IMG/VR virus record: IMGVR_UViG_2721755344_000003 | Span: 24,493 to 88,492 of that record | Strand: one strand, 5' to 3' | Length of the DNA stretch: 64,000 nt | DNA from: a virus | Taxonomy: Duplodnaviria; Caudoviricetes | Part shown: positions 7,405 through 16,669 of the stretch, piece after piece | Numbering within the stretch: the first letter of the stretch is position 1 | Layout: each line of letters starts with the position of its first letter | Made by a program: the position numbers and the translations under genes | The notes under the pieces: model-generated | What the model was told of the DNA's origin: nothing | Database searches by the model: none | What the model saw: only the letters and a program-made list of their open reading frames with translations

Positions 7405-7670
7405 ATTTATCGAAAAGAAATAAAGATGCTACTATATACATTGCAGAGCATCAAGAACAAAAGATCCAAAAGACCATGATATATGGATGGGATCCAATAA
7501 GAAAAGAAGCTTGGAGAATACTCATAAATGGAAGAATAGTAGATATGCGATCTACAAGACCATATAATACAACATCTATCATAGGACCATGTACGCTGGT
7601 TAAGGAATTGGAACCATTTTGTGTATCAGATGAACATCTTGATGCTATTAAAAATGAGAAACCATTTTAA
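7401..7670 (+). CDS. Hypothetical protein
   Basis: 89 aa; ATGA overlap with the previous gene. Confidence 0.65.
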   Translation: MNLSKRNKDATIYIAEHQEQKIQKTMIYGWDPIRKEAWRILINGRIVDMRSTRPYNTTSIIGPCTLVKELEPFCVSDEHLDAIKNEKPF

Positions 7671-7679
7671 TATATAGTT

Positions 7680-7916
7680 ATGGGAACAACACAACGTAAT
7701 GCAGGAAAACAAGAATTCAATCCACCTGAGATGGTAAGAAAACCTGTAGATGAATTATTAATGGCATGGGCAAGTGCTAGGATGTATTTTGGCAGATCTC
7801 AGAAAGGAATTAAAAGTACTAAAAGTAATGATATGCTTAATCTACTGCATAAGAAAGAAAGAAGGAGAAAAGAAAGAATAAAAAAATTATCTCGGAGAAT
7901 GAATCGTGGACGCTGA
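7680..7916 (+). CDS. Basic hypothetical protein
   Basis: 78 aa; C-terminal RRRKERIKKLSRRMNR. Confidence 0.65.
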   Translation: MGTTQRNAGKQEFNPPEMVRKPVDELLMAWASARMYFGRSQKGIKSTKSNDMLNLLHKKERRRKERIKKLSRRMNRGR

Positions 7917-8147
7917 TCGTTTCTTTTTACGCTTATATAATGAATCTGGAGGCATATAAAGAGAGAAGTGTTTATCAATATAGATATTATAATTTTTGAA
8001 CATTGCAATGCATATATTGCGTGTAACAAAAGATATTGTAGATCCTATCATTCGATTTGTCAATAATTTAAATATAGGATTTTTCTTCACTAATTGTTTC
8101 TTCACGGCTCGTACATAATCATTATTACACTTTAAATCAAACAACAT
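7887..8147 (-). CDS. Possible HU/IHF-like small DNA-binding protein (lone antisense gene)
   Basis: Fills a 230-nt plus-strand gap; RMIGSTISFVTRNICIAMFKN-YNIYIDKHFSLY parallels HU helix 2 + beta strands; basic tail. Confidence 0.4.
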   Translation of the reverse strand: MLFDLKCNNDYVRAVKKQLVKKNPIFKLLTNRMIGSTISFVTRNICIAMFKNYNIYIDKHFSLYMPPDSLYKRKKKRSASTIHSPR

Positions 8148-8559
8148 GAATGAACAAATTTATTCAAAAGTCGAATATACAAAAGAAAAGTATATTCCAC
8201 AATTTCCTGATTTGAACAATTATGATATTATGGTTATCCAGGCATTTTGTAAAGTGACACCATGCAAAGTTATCATTAAACCGGCAGATATTAACAATAA
8301 AAGGAAAGCACTACTTATCGATTACGAACAGGATTTTCCTTATCTTGTTCAGAAGGATTCGGAAGGTATGTTCATATATTCTCATAGGACACAAGAAAAG
8401 AAATACATAAATTTCAGAGTTATTCTTAAAGAACTTGTCATCAAATATGGGATATCTAAATCTCTAAATCTATTGAGTCAATTCCTTGCTGATGGTATAG
8501 TAACAACAGAAGAAGTAAATAGTCAACTGACATTTCATTTTAAGTATGAAGAAATGTAA
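8146..8559 (+). CDS. Hypothetical protein
   Basis: 137 aa; AAATCAAACAAC leader. Confidence 0.7.
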   Translation: MNEQIYSKVEYTKEKYIPQFPDLNNYDIMVIQAFCKVTPCKVIIKPADINNKRKALLIDYEQDFPYLVQKDSEGMFIYSHRTQEKKYINFRVILKELVIKYGISKSLNLLSQFLADGIVTTEEVNSQLTFHFKYEEM

Positions 8560-9058
8560 TGTACCAGGATGTAATAATCGTATATTTAGTCAGGGTAAAT
8601 GTAAATATCATCTGTATAAACTTCCATCATATCAAAAAAAGTTAAACAAGACCAGTGATAGACGCAAAGAAGATGAAAAAACCTATAAACGAGTCTGTAA
8701 ACAAGTCGATGCTGCATCTATTAGGAATAGAGGATTCGTACAATGTTTTTTCTGTCCACAGCCAATCCTGGGAGTGGTCGATCATCACCATGTTGCCGGG
8801 AAACAGGGAATTAGTGATAACGGAATTAATCTATACTTGGACCCACAAGGGATTGTACCGTGTCACCCTAGCTGTCATAGACCAGAGCAAAATGGATACC
8901 ATTCATTATCTCTTCAAGAGATACAACAACAGCGATACTTCAGAGAACTTATGGAGAAGATTAAATCTGTATCTATACAAAAATATACTGATTGGTGTAT
9001 AAAACTAAATATCAATCCTGATGAGCCGATCACAGATTGCCTATCTGGAGAGTATTAA
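8546..9058 (+). CDS. HNH-type endonuclease with N-terminal Zn finger
   Basis: CNVPGC...CKYH; CFFC ... DHHHVAG ... CHPSCH. Confidence 0.75.
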   Translation: MKKCNVPGCNNRIFSQGKCKYHLYKLPSYQKKLNKTSDRRKEDEKTYKRVCKQVDAASIRNRGFVQCFFCPQPILGVVDHHHVAGKQGISDNGINLYLDPQGIVPCHPSCHRPEQNGYHSLSLQEIQQQRYFRELMEKIKSVSIQKYTDWCIKLNINPDEPITDCLSGEY

Positions 9059-9680
9059 ACCAGTATTCATAAGACCAGAATTACTTCTTGAGCCACAGAT
9101 AATAAAACCATTGCATGGTCTCAATCCACGTACTATATTAGGACAGTCATGGTGGGATGAGAAACGAGTGATAGCATATAAGGAAAATAATTATTGTTGT
9201 TGGGCATGTGGTACACATAAGAATCTTATAAAAGATGTTAAACAACGTTTGGAAGCACATGAATCTTACAATATCAATATTACACTCAAAAGATATAGAC
9301 TGCAGGAGATAGTAGCATTATGTCCTAAATGTCATAATTATATCCACGGTGGAAGGTTGACAATATTATATCAGCAGGGATTAATAACAAAAGAACAGTA
9401 TATTCTGATAAATAATTGGGGGGATACTGTATTATATAAAGCAAATCTTAATCTTAATGATGCCTGGTGGATAACATTTCAAGATCATTTCTTTCCTGAG
9501 AAAATGGGAACATGGAATGAATGGTACTTAGAAATAGAAGGAACAAGATATTATTCAAAATTCAAATCATATGAAGAATGGCAAGAATTCTATTCAAGAT
9601 CAGACAGATCTGAGTTACGGAAGAATACCACCACAAGCAATAGAGATAGAAGAAGCCGTTCTGGGAGCCATCCTGATTGA
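9021..9680 (+). CDS. HNH-type endonuclease
   Basis: CWACG ... LEAHE ... LCPKCHNYIH. Confidence 0.75.
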   Translation: MSRSQIAYLESIKPVFIRPELLLEPQIIKPLHGLNPRTILGQSWWDEKRVIAYKENNYCCWACGTHKNLIKDVKQRLEAHESYNINITLKRYRLQEIVALCPKCHNYIHGGRLTILYQQGLITKEQYILINNWGDTVLYKANLNLNDAWWITFQDHFFPEKMGTWNEWYLEIEGTRYYSKFKSYEEWQEFYSRSDRSELRKNTTTSNRDRRSRSGSHPD

Positions 9681-11418
9681 GAAAGATGCACAAGGCATAG
9701 TATTTAGCCTTTTAGATCCTGAACATTTCTATAAAAGTTCTCACCAGATTATATACCAGGCATTAAAAGAAATGAAAGAAAAGAATACTGCTATAGATCT
9801 TCTTACATTAACAGAGCATCTCAAAAGAATAGGAAAATTAGAAGAGATAGGTGGTCCATATTACCTCACTACGCTCACTAGCAAAGTTGCTACTGCAGCA
9901 CATCTATTAGACCATATACTTATACTCAAAGATAAATATATCTTCAGAGAAGCGATAAGGATAGGTCATGATCTACAAAAAATAGGATTTGAAGAAGATC
10001 TTAACATAGATGTTATCCTAGCTAATATATCTACAAGGTTAACAGCATTAACAGATGTATCTGATATATTTGGGGAAAATTTTAAAGATATCATAGGTGA
10101 GACATTAGCTGATATAAAGGGAAAACAAGAAGGAACGATAAGAATAGGATTAAAAACTGGATATAATGGTATAGATAAGATCTTCGATTTTTGTTCTAAT
10201 AATATAATATTTATATCTGCTATAGAAAAAGCCGGAAAGACCAAGTTTCTCATTAATATTATTGTACAGTTATTTCTTAATAATAAGGATATAGGTATAT
10301 GCTGGTATTCCATGGAAGATGATAAAATGAAGGTCATCAGAAACATGATTGCTATTCTTACCGGAATTCAGGATGAAGATCAGCAAAGCAAACACAAGAA
10401 AATATCCGATGAAGATCTCAACAATATAATCAAAGCAACAGAAGCATTTAAGAACTTCGATATTGAAATTATTGATCGTCCTACTACAATAGATAAAATA
10501 GCAAGTCATTTCGACAGATTTTGTCTCAAAAGATATAATAAGGTTAATATCCTGGCAATAGATAATTTTAATATCTGCAGAGATATGGAAAAAGATCTTA
10601 AAGATGATTTATCCCGGGAGAATTATATATGTGGCAGACTGCAGCAGATCAATAGAGAGAACAATCTCGATAATAGAATATCATTTACCTTAGTACTGGA
10701 TCATCTAAGCCCTAAACAATTTCCTGTAGATGCATTGAAAGATGGATACAGACCAAAAGCAAAATTCGTATTAGGAACCAGCAGAAAGAATCAGATAGTA
10801 ACTCAATTGTTCTTATTAAATAGACCAAATATGTTTGACGATCTGATGGATGAAGAGAGGACAAAACCAAATATAACTATCAATAATGAAGTATGGAAGA
10901 GAGAGGATGTATTAAGAGAATTATTAGTAGGTCAAATGGCAAGAAACAGAAATGGTACTATAGATGAAAGGTATGCGATAGTTCGATTCCTGGCAGATTA
11001 TGGTATCATGGATATAAGAGAATGGTATAATGCTGATGTTGATAAGGCAAAGAACATCCAGGAATTTCAAGAAAGAGGAATATATCATATTACTCAGAAA
11101 CAATTCATGGATGAGATGTTTGTTATTAATTCGGAAGGTCATCCTCAACAAACGTGTGCAGAAGTAAATTATATCCTGGGCAAAGAAGATGTGATAGGAA
11201 GGAAGATATCCTTTGATTTCCTTATTCAGAGATACAGAGAATATTACAATTACAAACTTAAACTCCAAGCTAATGATCCTCAATATACAGCCAAAGATAA
11301 CAGGATAAGACCAATATTAACATGGATAAGAGAATCAATGTATAATCAGAGATTTAAAAAGGGTACAACCAGCAGGGAAATAAGCAGAGATTATTATTTA
11401 TATAATATCAAAGACTAA
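9571..11418 (+). CDS. dnaB: DnaB-like replicative helicase, divergent, with C-terminal extension
   Basis: GRIPPQAIEIEEAVLGAILIE N-terminus; Walker A EKAGKT; LAIDN; ARNRNG finger; ~130 extra C-terminal aa. Confidence 0.85.
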   Translation: MKNGKNSIQDQTDLSYGRIPPQAIEIEEAVLGAILIEKDAQGIVFSLLDPEHFYKSSHQIIYQALKEMKEKNTAIDLLTLTEHLKRIGKLEEIGGPYYLTTLTSKVATAAHLLDHILILKDKYIFREAIRIGHDLQKIGFEEDLNIDVILANISTRLTALTDVSDIFGENFKDIIGETLADIKGKQEGTIRIGLKTGYNGIDKIFDFCSNNIIFISAIEKAGKTKFLINIIVQLFLNNKDIGICWYSMEDDKMKVIRNMIAILTGIQDEDQQSKHKKISDEDLNNIIKATEAFKNFDIEIIDRPTTIDKIASHFDRFCLKRYNKVNILAIDNFNICRDMEKDLKDDLSRENYICGRLQQINRENNLDNRISFTLVLDHLSPKQFPVDALKDGYRPKAKFVLGTSRKNQIVTQLFLLNRPNMFDDLMDEERTKPNITINNEVWKREDVLRELLVGQMARNRNGTIDERYAIVRFLADYGIMDIREWYNADVDKAKNIQEFQERGIYHITQKQFMDEMFVINSEGHPQQTCAEVNYILGKEDVIGRKISFDFLIQRYREYYNYKLKLQANDPQYTAKDNRIRPILTWIRESMYNQRFKKGTTSREISRDYYLYNIKD

Positions 11419-11429
11419 ATCACAATAAA

Positions 11430-11627
11430 ATGACATCAAAGCAATTAAGAAAAAAAATACTTGCAAGAATATTAAAATGCAATCTGGAATTAAGATCTGC
11501 TACTACGGGTAAAAAATATAATTCTCTTATTAAAGAACGTGATAAAGACATTGAAACTATTATTCAAAAAGCCAGATTAAATTGGGAACAATCTGCAATA
11601 AACAAATATTTAAGAGATATTAATTAA
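11430..11627 (+). CDS. Hypothetical protein
   Basis: 65-aa basic ORF. Confidence 0.6.
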   Translation: MTSKQLRKKILARILKCNLELRSATTGKKYNSLIKERDKDIETIIQKARLNWEQSAINKYLRDIN

Positions 11628-11642
11628 TATCAAAGACTAGTT

Positions 11643-11810
11643 ATGAAAGCAACAACGAAAGCATTACTTAAAGAAGCACAAGAATATTGTGATGAAAATG
11701 ATAAATCAACAGAATTTATGTTACAATACATGCAAGATATAGCAAAGGTTGATCTTGATACAGTCATTAGTTACTTAACCAAATATGGTGGATTCACAAA
11801 AGAAAAATAA
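11643..11810 (+). CDS. Small conserved phage protein (not in ORF track)
   Basis: 55 aa, MKATTKALLKEAQEYCDENDKSTEFMLQYMQD..., fills the gap. Confidence 0.7.
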   Translation: MKATTKALLKEAQEYCDENDKSTEFMLQYMQDIAKVDLDTVISYLTKYGGFTKEK

Positions 11811-11816
11811 TATATC

Positions 11817-12125
11817 ATGGCAGATTTTGATAAACTTCTTGAACCTCCAATAAAAGATCAGAGGGTAATAGAAGATCAACAAGAATATAGATATGTAGGA
11901 TCTCTTAAAATGAAAAAGGGAACATCTTTATATTATTATGATCCTGATATAGAGGAATGTGATGTTGTTAAAACAATGGATACAGCAACGATAGGATTCG
12001 ATGGAGAAGCATTCTTAAGAAAAAGGGCACAATGGAGCGATAAATATTATTATACTGTAGCTATAAATAAAAAGAATGCATTACGTAAAATATTAAAATT
12101 CATAAAAAGCCGTGGGAAGACTTAA
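11817..12125 (+). CDS. Conserved phage hypothetical protein
   Basis: 102 aa; Y-x-VAINKKNALRK motif. Confidence 0.7.
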   Translation: MADFDKLLEPPIKDQRVIEDQQEYRYVGSLKMKKGTSLYYYDPDIEECDVVKTMDTATIGFDGEAFLRKRAQWSDKYYYTVAINKKNALRKILKFIKSRGKT

Positions 12126-12483
12126 AGAAAAGATGATGAATACATTTGTTATGAAACAAAAGTATTATCAAGATGAACATTTTGATGATGCTTATCATTA
12201 TCAAAAAGAGGCCATTCAGAAGAATGCAGATAATAGAATGGTATTACCAGAAATGAAGAAATTTATTCTGGAAAATTTACATAAAAGAAGAGATTTCAAG
12301 TTAATTGTTGATATAGCATACAGACTAAAGATACCAAAAGGAACAAATTGGATAATAGAAGCTAATAGAGTAATGGAAAAGCATGGATATAAGATTTTCA
12401 TGGAATTAAAGTCTTCTGATACACAATGGAGAGGTCATAATAAGCATACTGATGATTATTATTATATACTCAAACAATTATGA
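12112..12483 (+). CDS. Hypothetical protein
   Basis: 123 aa; coupled to neighbours. Confidence 0.65.
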   Translation: MGRLKEKMMNTFVMKQKYYQDEHFDDAYHYQKEAIQKNADNRMVLPEMKKFILENLHKRRDFKLIVDIAYRLKIPKGTNWIIEANRVMEKHGYKIFMELKSSDTQWRGHNKHTDDYYYILKQL

Positions 12484-12863
12484 ACACAAATGAAAAAATA
12501 GCCAAGTGGGTCGGTGTTAGAAAACATAGGTTTGTAGGTTATCTTGGAGAAACTTATTGTTACATAAATGAGAATATTGATAAAGAATCTCATGAAAACA
12601 GAGAAGTAGAATATCTTGATTTTCTCCATGACCGCAACCAGCAGAAATGGATTGAGGATAAATTAATTGAATTGGGGTATGGAATAAATTATACTTATTC
12701 TCAAATGTGGAAAAAACATTTTTACAATATTGTGCCAAAAGAGGTTGATGAAACCAACATTCATAAATATTTTAAAGGAGAATCAGAAATATCAAAAAGT
12801 ATTGCCCTTATTTCAGCAGTTAAACAATTAATAGATAAAGAAAATGGAATGCAAAAATTGTAA
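12480..12863 (+). CDS. Phage protein, possible ABA-sandwich family
   Basis: NEKIAKWVG ... DFLHDRNQQKWIEDKL pattern. Confidence 0.55.
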   Translation: MNTNEKIAKWVGVRKHRFVGYLGETYCYINENIDKESHENREVEYLDFLHDRNQQKWIEDKLIELGYGINYTYSQMWKKHFYNIVPKEVDETNIHKYFKGESEISKSIALISAVKQLIDKENGMQKL

Positions 12864-12981
12864 ATATTATGATAGTGTGAAGTGTACAGATTCAGAAGAA
12901 TTTGTAAATGCGGATACGGGTTTTCCGATATGTAGATATAATTCAAATGCTATAAAATTAAGTGAATATTTGGAAGGATAA
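12844..12981 (+). CDS. Cys-rich microprotein (not in ORF track)
   Basis: 45 aa, MECKNCKYYDSVKC...PICRY. Confidence 0.6.
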   Translation: MECKNCKYYDSVKCTDSEEFVNADTGFPICRYNSNAIKLSEYLEG

Positions 12982-13016
12982 GTACAATTTATACACACCC
13001 TTAAAAGATAAAGAAA

Positions 13017-13160
13017 ATGAATAAATTAAAATCAGACATTAGAAAAGCAATTACAGCAAATACCAAATATAGAGCAATTAAGGTTTGGAAACCTGAAATT
13101 GATGAAAATATGGCAGGCCAAACCTGGATGTCCATTGTAATTTTAGTAAAAGAGAAATAA
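13017..13160 (+). CDS. Microprotein (not in ORF track)
   Basis: 47 aa, MNKLKSDIRKAITANTKY...; abuts the next ATG. Confidence 0.55.
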   Translation: MNKLKSDIRKAITANTKYRAIKVWKPEIDENMAGQTWMSIVILVKEK

Positions 13161-13161
13161 A

Positions 13162-13455
13162 ATGATCCCAGCTCGAATAATTGAAATAGTACCTAAGGTG
13201 ATGGTGGAATGGCCGCCAGAACCAGAACCATTACAACATGAACCATCGAAACATTTTTTACAAAGACTTCATAAATGGAAAAAATTCAGAACCATTGCCG
13301 AAGTGGAGAATGTGACTCATATAAAAGGGTATGATTTATGGTCAATATTAGGTAAAGGTGATGGGGTAGTTAAAACATATACAGAACTACATCTCAATCA
13401 AATCGTCTTCATTGAACCAACAGAGACAGGTAAATGTAAAATAGTAAAGATATGA
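13162..13455 (+). CDS. Hypothetical protein
   Basis: 97 aa. Confidence 0.65.
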   Translation: MIPARIIEIVPKVMVEWPPEPEPLQHEPSKHFLQRLHKWKKFRTIAEVENVTHIKGYDLWSILGKGDGVVKTYTELHLNQIVFIEPTETGKCKIVKI

Positions 13456-13577
13456 AAAAAAGAAAAAATCCAAAAGAAGAAGAAATCAAAACTAAAAAAT
13501 GTCATATAAATGGTGATTGTTCATATGGAGAGCATGATGATCTCTATAAATGTGAAATTTGTAAGTATTATTATTAA
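13452..13577 (+). CDS. Cys-rich microprotein (not in ORF track)
   Basis: 41 aa, ...CHINGDC...CEICKYYY; ATGA overlap. Confidence 0.55.
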   Translation: MKKRKNPKEEEIKTKKCHINGDCSYGEHDDLYKCEICKYYY

Positions 13578-13606
13578 TTAACCCTCAATCTAAATAACTA
13601 AACAAA

Positions 13607-13843
13607 ATGTCAAGAAGCGATAGACACATAGATGAACTGAGACACAGATTCAATAATGAGAAATTCATTGAAACAAATGACAGATTTGAAAGATGGTGCA
13701 GAGATATGCAATCTTTTGAAAGAGAATTAAGCAAAAAGCAATGTCCTAAGTGTCAGCATTTATATTCTTTACAACCTGTAAGTATGACGGAATATATTTG
13801 TACAAACTGTAACTATACTGGCTTTATATCGACGATAAAATGA
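13607..13843 (+). CDS. Zn-ribbon protein
   Basis: CPKC ... CTNC. Confidence 0.7.
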   Translation: MSRSDRHIDELRHRFNNEKFIETNDRFERWCRDMQSFERELSKKQCPKCQHLYSLQPVSMTEYICTNCNYTGFISTIK

Positions 13844-14457
13844 CATTTCTTAGCAAAAAATATCAGGATTATCTTAATGGACTATTCAAAAAACGAATGA
13901 TAGGGAATACACACATCATTCCTATAGGATTAAATATACTGATAATTGATAAATGTGTTATTAAAAAAGCAAAGACCGGTACACCATATCTTATGATAGA
14001 TATTATCAAACAATCAGAACAGTCATATAGATCTATACGTATATTTTATTGGGGAGATTATGATAATAAAGATAAATGCAATATCAACGGAATACCATAT
14101 GGAATATTAGGACTAGAGATGTTTCTTGATAGAGCATTTGGATATAAACTTATTCATTATAGCAATGATCAATTATCATGGATTGTGAAGCAAATAAGAA
14201 AATTAAAGAAAAAGCCATTTAAAGCCATTATAAGTCATTTTCCGAAACTCTACTATAAAGAGAACAAGTTGGTCCTGGGACGATCAGATAATCTGCCTAT
14301 GATTACCTATGAACCTCAGATCACCGAATATGCCAGTATAGATAATCAGGAGTTTGGTAAAAATCTTAATTATTTACAATTAAGTAATAAATTAATACCT
14401 GACGAAGAAAGAATATATCAGAAATATTTAATGCTTAAAAAAAATGCCAAAGGATAA
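13840..14457 (+). CDS. Hypothetical protein, possibly OB-fold-like
   Basis: 205 aa; KKAKTGTPYLMIDI beta-rich N-terminal part. Confidence 0.7.
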   Translation: MTFLSKKYQDYLNGLFKKRMIGNTHIIPIGLNILIIDKCVIKKAKTGTPYLMIDIIKQSEQSYRSIRIFYWGDYDNKDKCNINGIPYGILGLEMFLDRAFGYKLIHYSNDQLSWIVKQIRKLKKKPFKAIISHFPKLYYKENKLVLGRSDNLPMITYEPQITEYASIDNQEFGKNLNYLQLSNKLIPDEERIYQKYLMLKKNAKG

Positions 14458-14635
14458 TAGATTTTGGAATGATCTACAGAGATGTATTGATGAATTAAGG
14501 ATTGAGATTAAAGAGAAAGAACCTGATAGAATAACAATGGATTTCTGGTTATTTAAGATTGAACATCGTATTAAGATGTTAAAAGAATATATAGAGAAAA
14601 TTGAGAAATCAAATAATAAATCTAAAATAAAATGA
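14444..14635 (+). CDS. Small coiled-coil protein
   Basis: 63 aa; coupled to neighbours. Confidence 0.55.
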   Translation: MPKDNRFWNDLQRCIDELRIEIKEKEPDRITMDFWLFKIEHRIKMLKEYIEKIEKSNNKSKIK

Positions 14636-14886
14636 AACATGCAAGAGAAGATTACAATCGTATTCAGGATCCCGCAGGATTAATTCCTGATGATGAACCT
14701 GTATTTCTTTTAAGAGGACAAGATATCTTGGCTCCTGATCTATTAAGAACATGGGCAATCCAATTACTTGCCAAAGGAGGTAGTGGAATTATGGCAGAAA
14801 TGGTAATGAAATGGTCTAAAAAAATGACCGAATGGCAAGAGAAACATAAGGCAAAATTACCAGATTTACCAGAATATGAACATTAA
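14632..14886 (+). CDS. Conserved phage protein
   Basis: DEPVFLLRGQDILAP...WA motif widespread in phage small proteins. Confidence 0.8.
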   Translation: MKHAREDYNRIQDPAGLIPDDEPVFLLRGQDILAPDLLRTWAIQLLAKGGSGIMAEMVMKWSKKMTEWQEKHKAKLPDLPEYEH

Positions 14887-14898
14887 TTTTATATCATA

Positions 14899-15138
14899 AT
14901 GCGTATCAACTGTAAAGTTTTCAGTTGGGATAAGAAGATGAAAGAAATTATCAGTGATCTTAGTTTTGAATTAACGAGTAAAACATCGTATAGTTCAGTA
15001 AAAGGTTATCCTGAAAAGTCTATTGTCTTTCTAAGTGGTCATCCGTATACCATCAATATCCCATATATGGAACTAAAAGAATTGTTTAAACAACTTAAAG
15101 GAATAACCAACGATGAAAGAAATTATCCTGGAGTTTAA
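14899..15138 (+). CDS. Hypothetical protein
   Basis: 79 aa. Confidence 0.6.
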   Translation: MRINCKVFSWDKKMKEIISDLSFELTSKTSYSSVKGYPEKSIVFLSGHPYTINIPYMELKELFKQLKGITNDERNYPGV

Positions 15139-16564
15139 AAATTATAAACTTCTTAAAAATGAGAAGTTTGATCTTAGCAATTACATGGTATATTGCTTTG
15201 AAGGTCGTAATGGTATAGGAAAATCCAGTGCTATTACGGGTCTTGAAGAACTGATAAGTGCTATGGCATTTACTGTCCAGCCAGTTACTGGTGGAGAAAA
15301 GGAAGGATGGAAGAAAGTGATATGGGAAGGTGTGGATGGTAAACTATACACTATCGAACATACTTTTGATGTGAAGAATGGTAAGGGTAAGTTCGTTGCT
15401 TATAATGACAAGGCAGAACAGATAACATCTGTCACTAAAATCAGGGAATTATTAGGTACATATAGTCGAATAACCGTGGATCAGTTCTTTGAAAAAGCAA
15501 ATACTGCACCTGGGAGAAGAGAACTTATAAATAACTTTTTTAATAAGATTCTTACAAATGAAGAAAGGACTGAAATTCAGACATGCAAAGCATACGCAGA
15601 AAAAGCCTATGATGAAAGAACGGAATATGGTAGAACTATGAAGATCATTGAACCTATGCTCATTGAATTAACTGATGAACAATTAAAAACTGTTGATCGA
15701 CTACCTGAAGCAAGAGAAAAAGTCAAGTTAAGAAGAGAACAACTTAATCAACGAAGAGAACTAAAAAGAGATTTTGAAAGTATTAATCATGATATAGAGG
15801 ACCTGAAACATAATATTTTACTAATAAAAGAAATAGGTAAAACATGGTTTCCGGATGATACATATCAGAAATGGGATAAAATATTAACTGATACTGAAAA
15901 TACGTTCATCATTTTCTCTAAGAATTATAAAGAAAAGAAAGAGACTGATCTCCCATCTGAAGAAGATTTAACCAATATGATTCTCAGAGCAGAAAAGATC
16001 ATTGAAGAAGGTAGTGTATTTCATGCCAGGCAAAGCCAGTATCTTGTTAATAAAGAGAAATATGATCATTTTAAAGAAAGATATAATGAAGCTGAAGAAA
16101 TTATTAACACTAAGCGTGCAAGAATCAAAGAAATCTATGTTAATAGTAAATTACCGGCAGGAATAACTATTGAAGATGACGGGTTTTCGTTTCATGGATA
16201 TGACTTCTCTAAAGAACAAGTTAGTGAAAGTGAAGCCAAACTTGCTATCGCAGAATTAATGTGTCAAATAGATACAGCAGGATTAATAGTACTCGGTAAT
16301 GCAGCAATATTTGGTAAAGAGAGAATGGAACAGATCTGTGAAATAGCAAAGAAATATAATAAGAAAGTATTCCTGGAAAGAGTTGTCGATGATCTCGATG
16401 AAGTCCGGTTAGTGGGTATTGTTGATGTAACTGATATAAAAGAATCAAGTAAAACCAAAGAACCTAATAATAAGAAAAATGGGAAAAAGCAAAAAACAGA
16501 ACCAGAAACAAAACCAAAGACAGACCCAGGACCAAATAAACCAGTGGAAGATGAACCACTATGA
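15113..16564 (+). CDS. SMC/Rad50-like ATPase
   Basis: FKNYK start, Walker A GRNGIGKS, long coiled coil, QVSESEA signature-like region. Confidence 0.8.
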   Translation: MKEIILEFKNYKLLKNEKFDLSNYMVYCFEGRNGIGKSSAITGLEELISAMAFTVQPVTGGEKEGWKKVIWEGVDGKLYTIEHTFDVKNGKGKFVAYNDKAEQITSVTKIRELLGTYSRITVDQFFEKANTAPGRRELINNFFNKILTNEERTEIQTCKAYAEKAYDERTEYGRTMKIIEPMLIELTDEQLKTVDRLPEAREKVKLRREQLNQRRELKRDFESINHDIEDLKHNILLIKEIGKTWFPDDTYQKWDKILTDTENTFIIFSKNYKEKKETDLPSEEDLTNMILRAEKIIEEGSVFHARQSQYLVNKEKYDHFKERYNEAEEIINTKRARIKEIYVNSKLPAGITIEDDGFSFHGYDFSKEQVSESEAKLAIAELMCQIDTAGLIVLGNAAIFGKERMEQICEIAKKYNKKVFLERVVDDLDEVRLVGIVDVTDIKESSKTKEPNNKKNGKKQKTEPETKPKTDPGPNKPVEDEPL

Positions 16565-16658
16565 ATGTAAAAAGTGTGGATGTAAGAAATTCACACATGC
16601 ACGATTTGGTGGTGTAATATATTTCAAATGTACAAATTGTAAACACATAAGCACTTAA
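16551..16658 (+). CDS. 35-aa C4 Zn-ribbon microprotein (not in ORF track)
   Basis: MNHYECKKCGCKKFTHARFGGVIYFKCTNCKHIST. Confidence 0.65.
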   Translation: MNHYECKKCGCKKFTHARFGGVIYFKCTNCKHIST

Positions 16659-16669
16659 ATCAAACAATT

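Noticed and set aside
8655-9002. Alternate-frame plus-strand ORF within the HNH gene
   Set aside because: Fully nested in a motif-bearing gene, with no recognisable features
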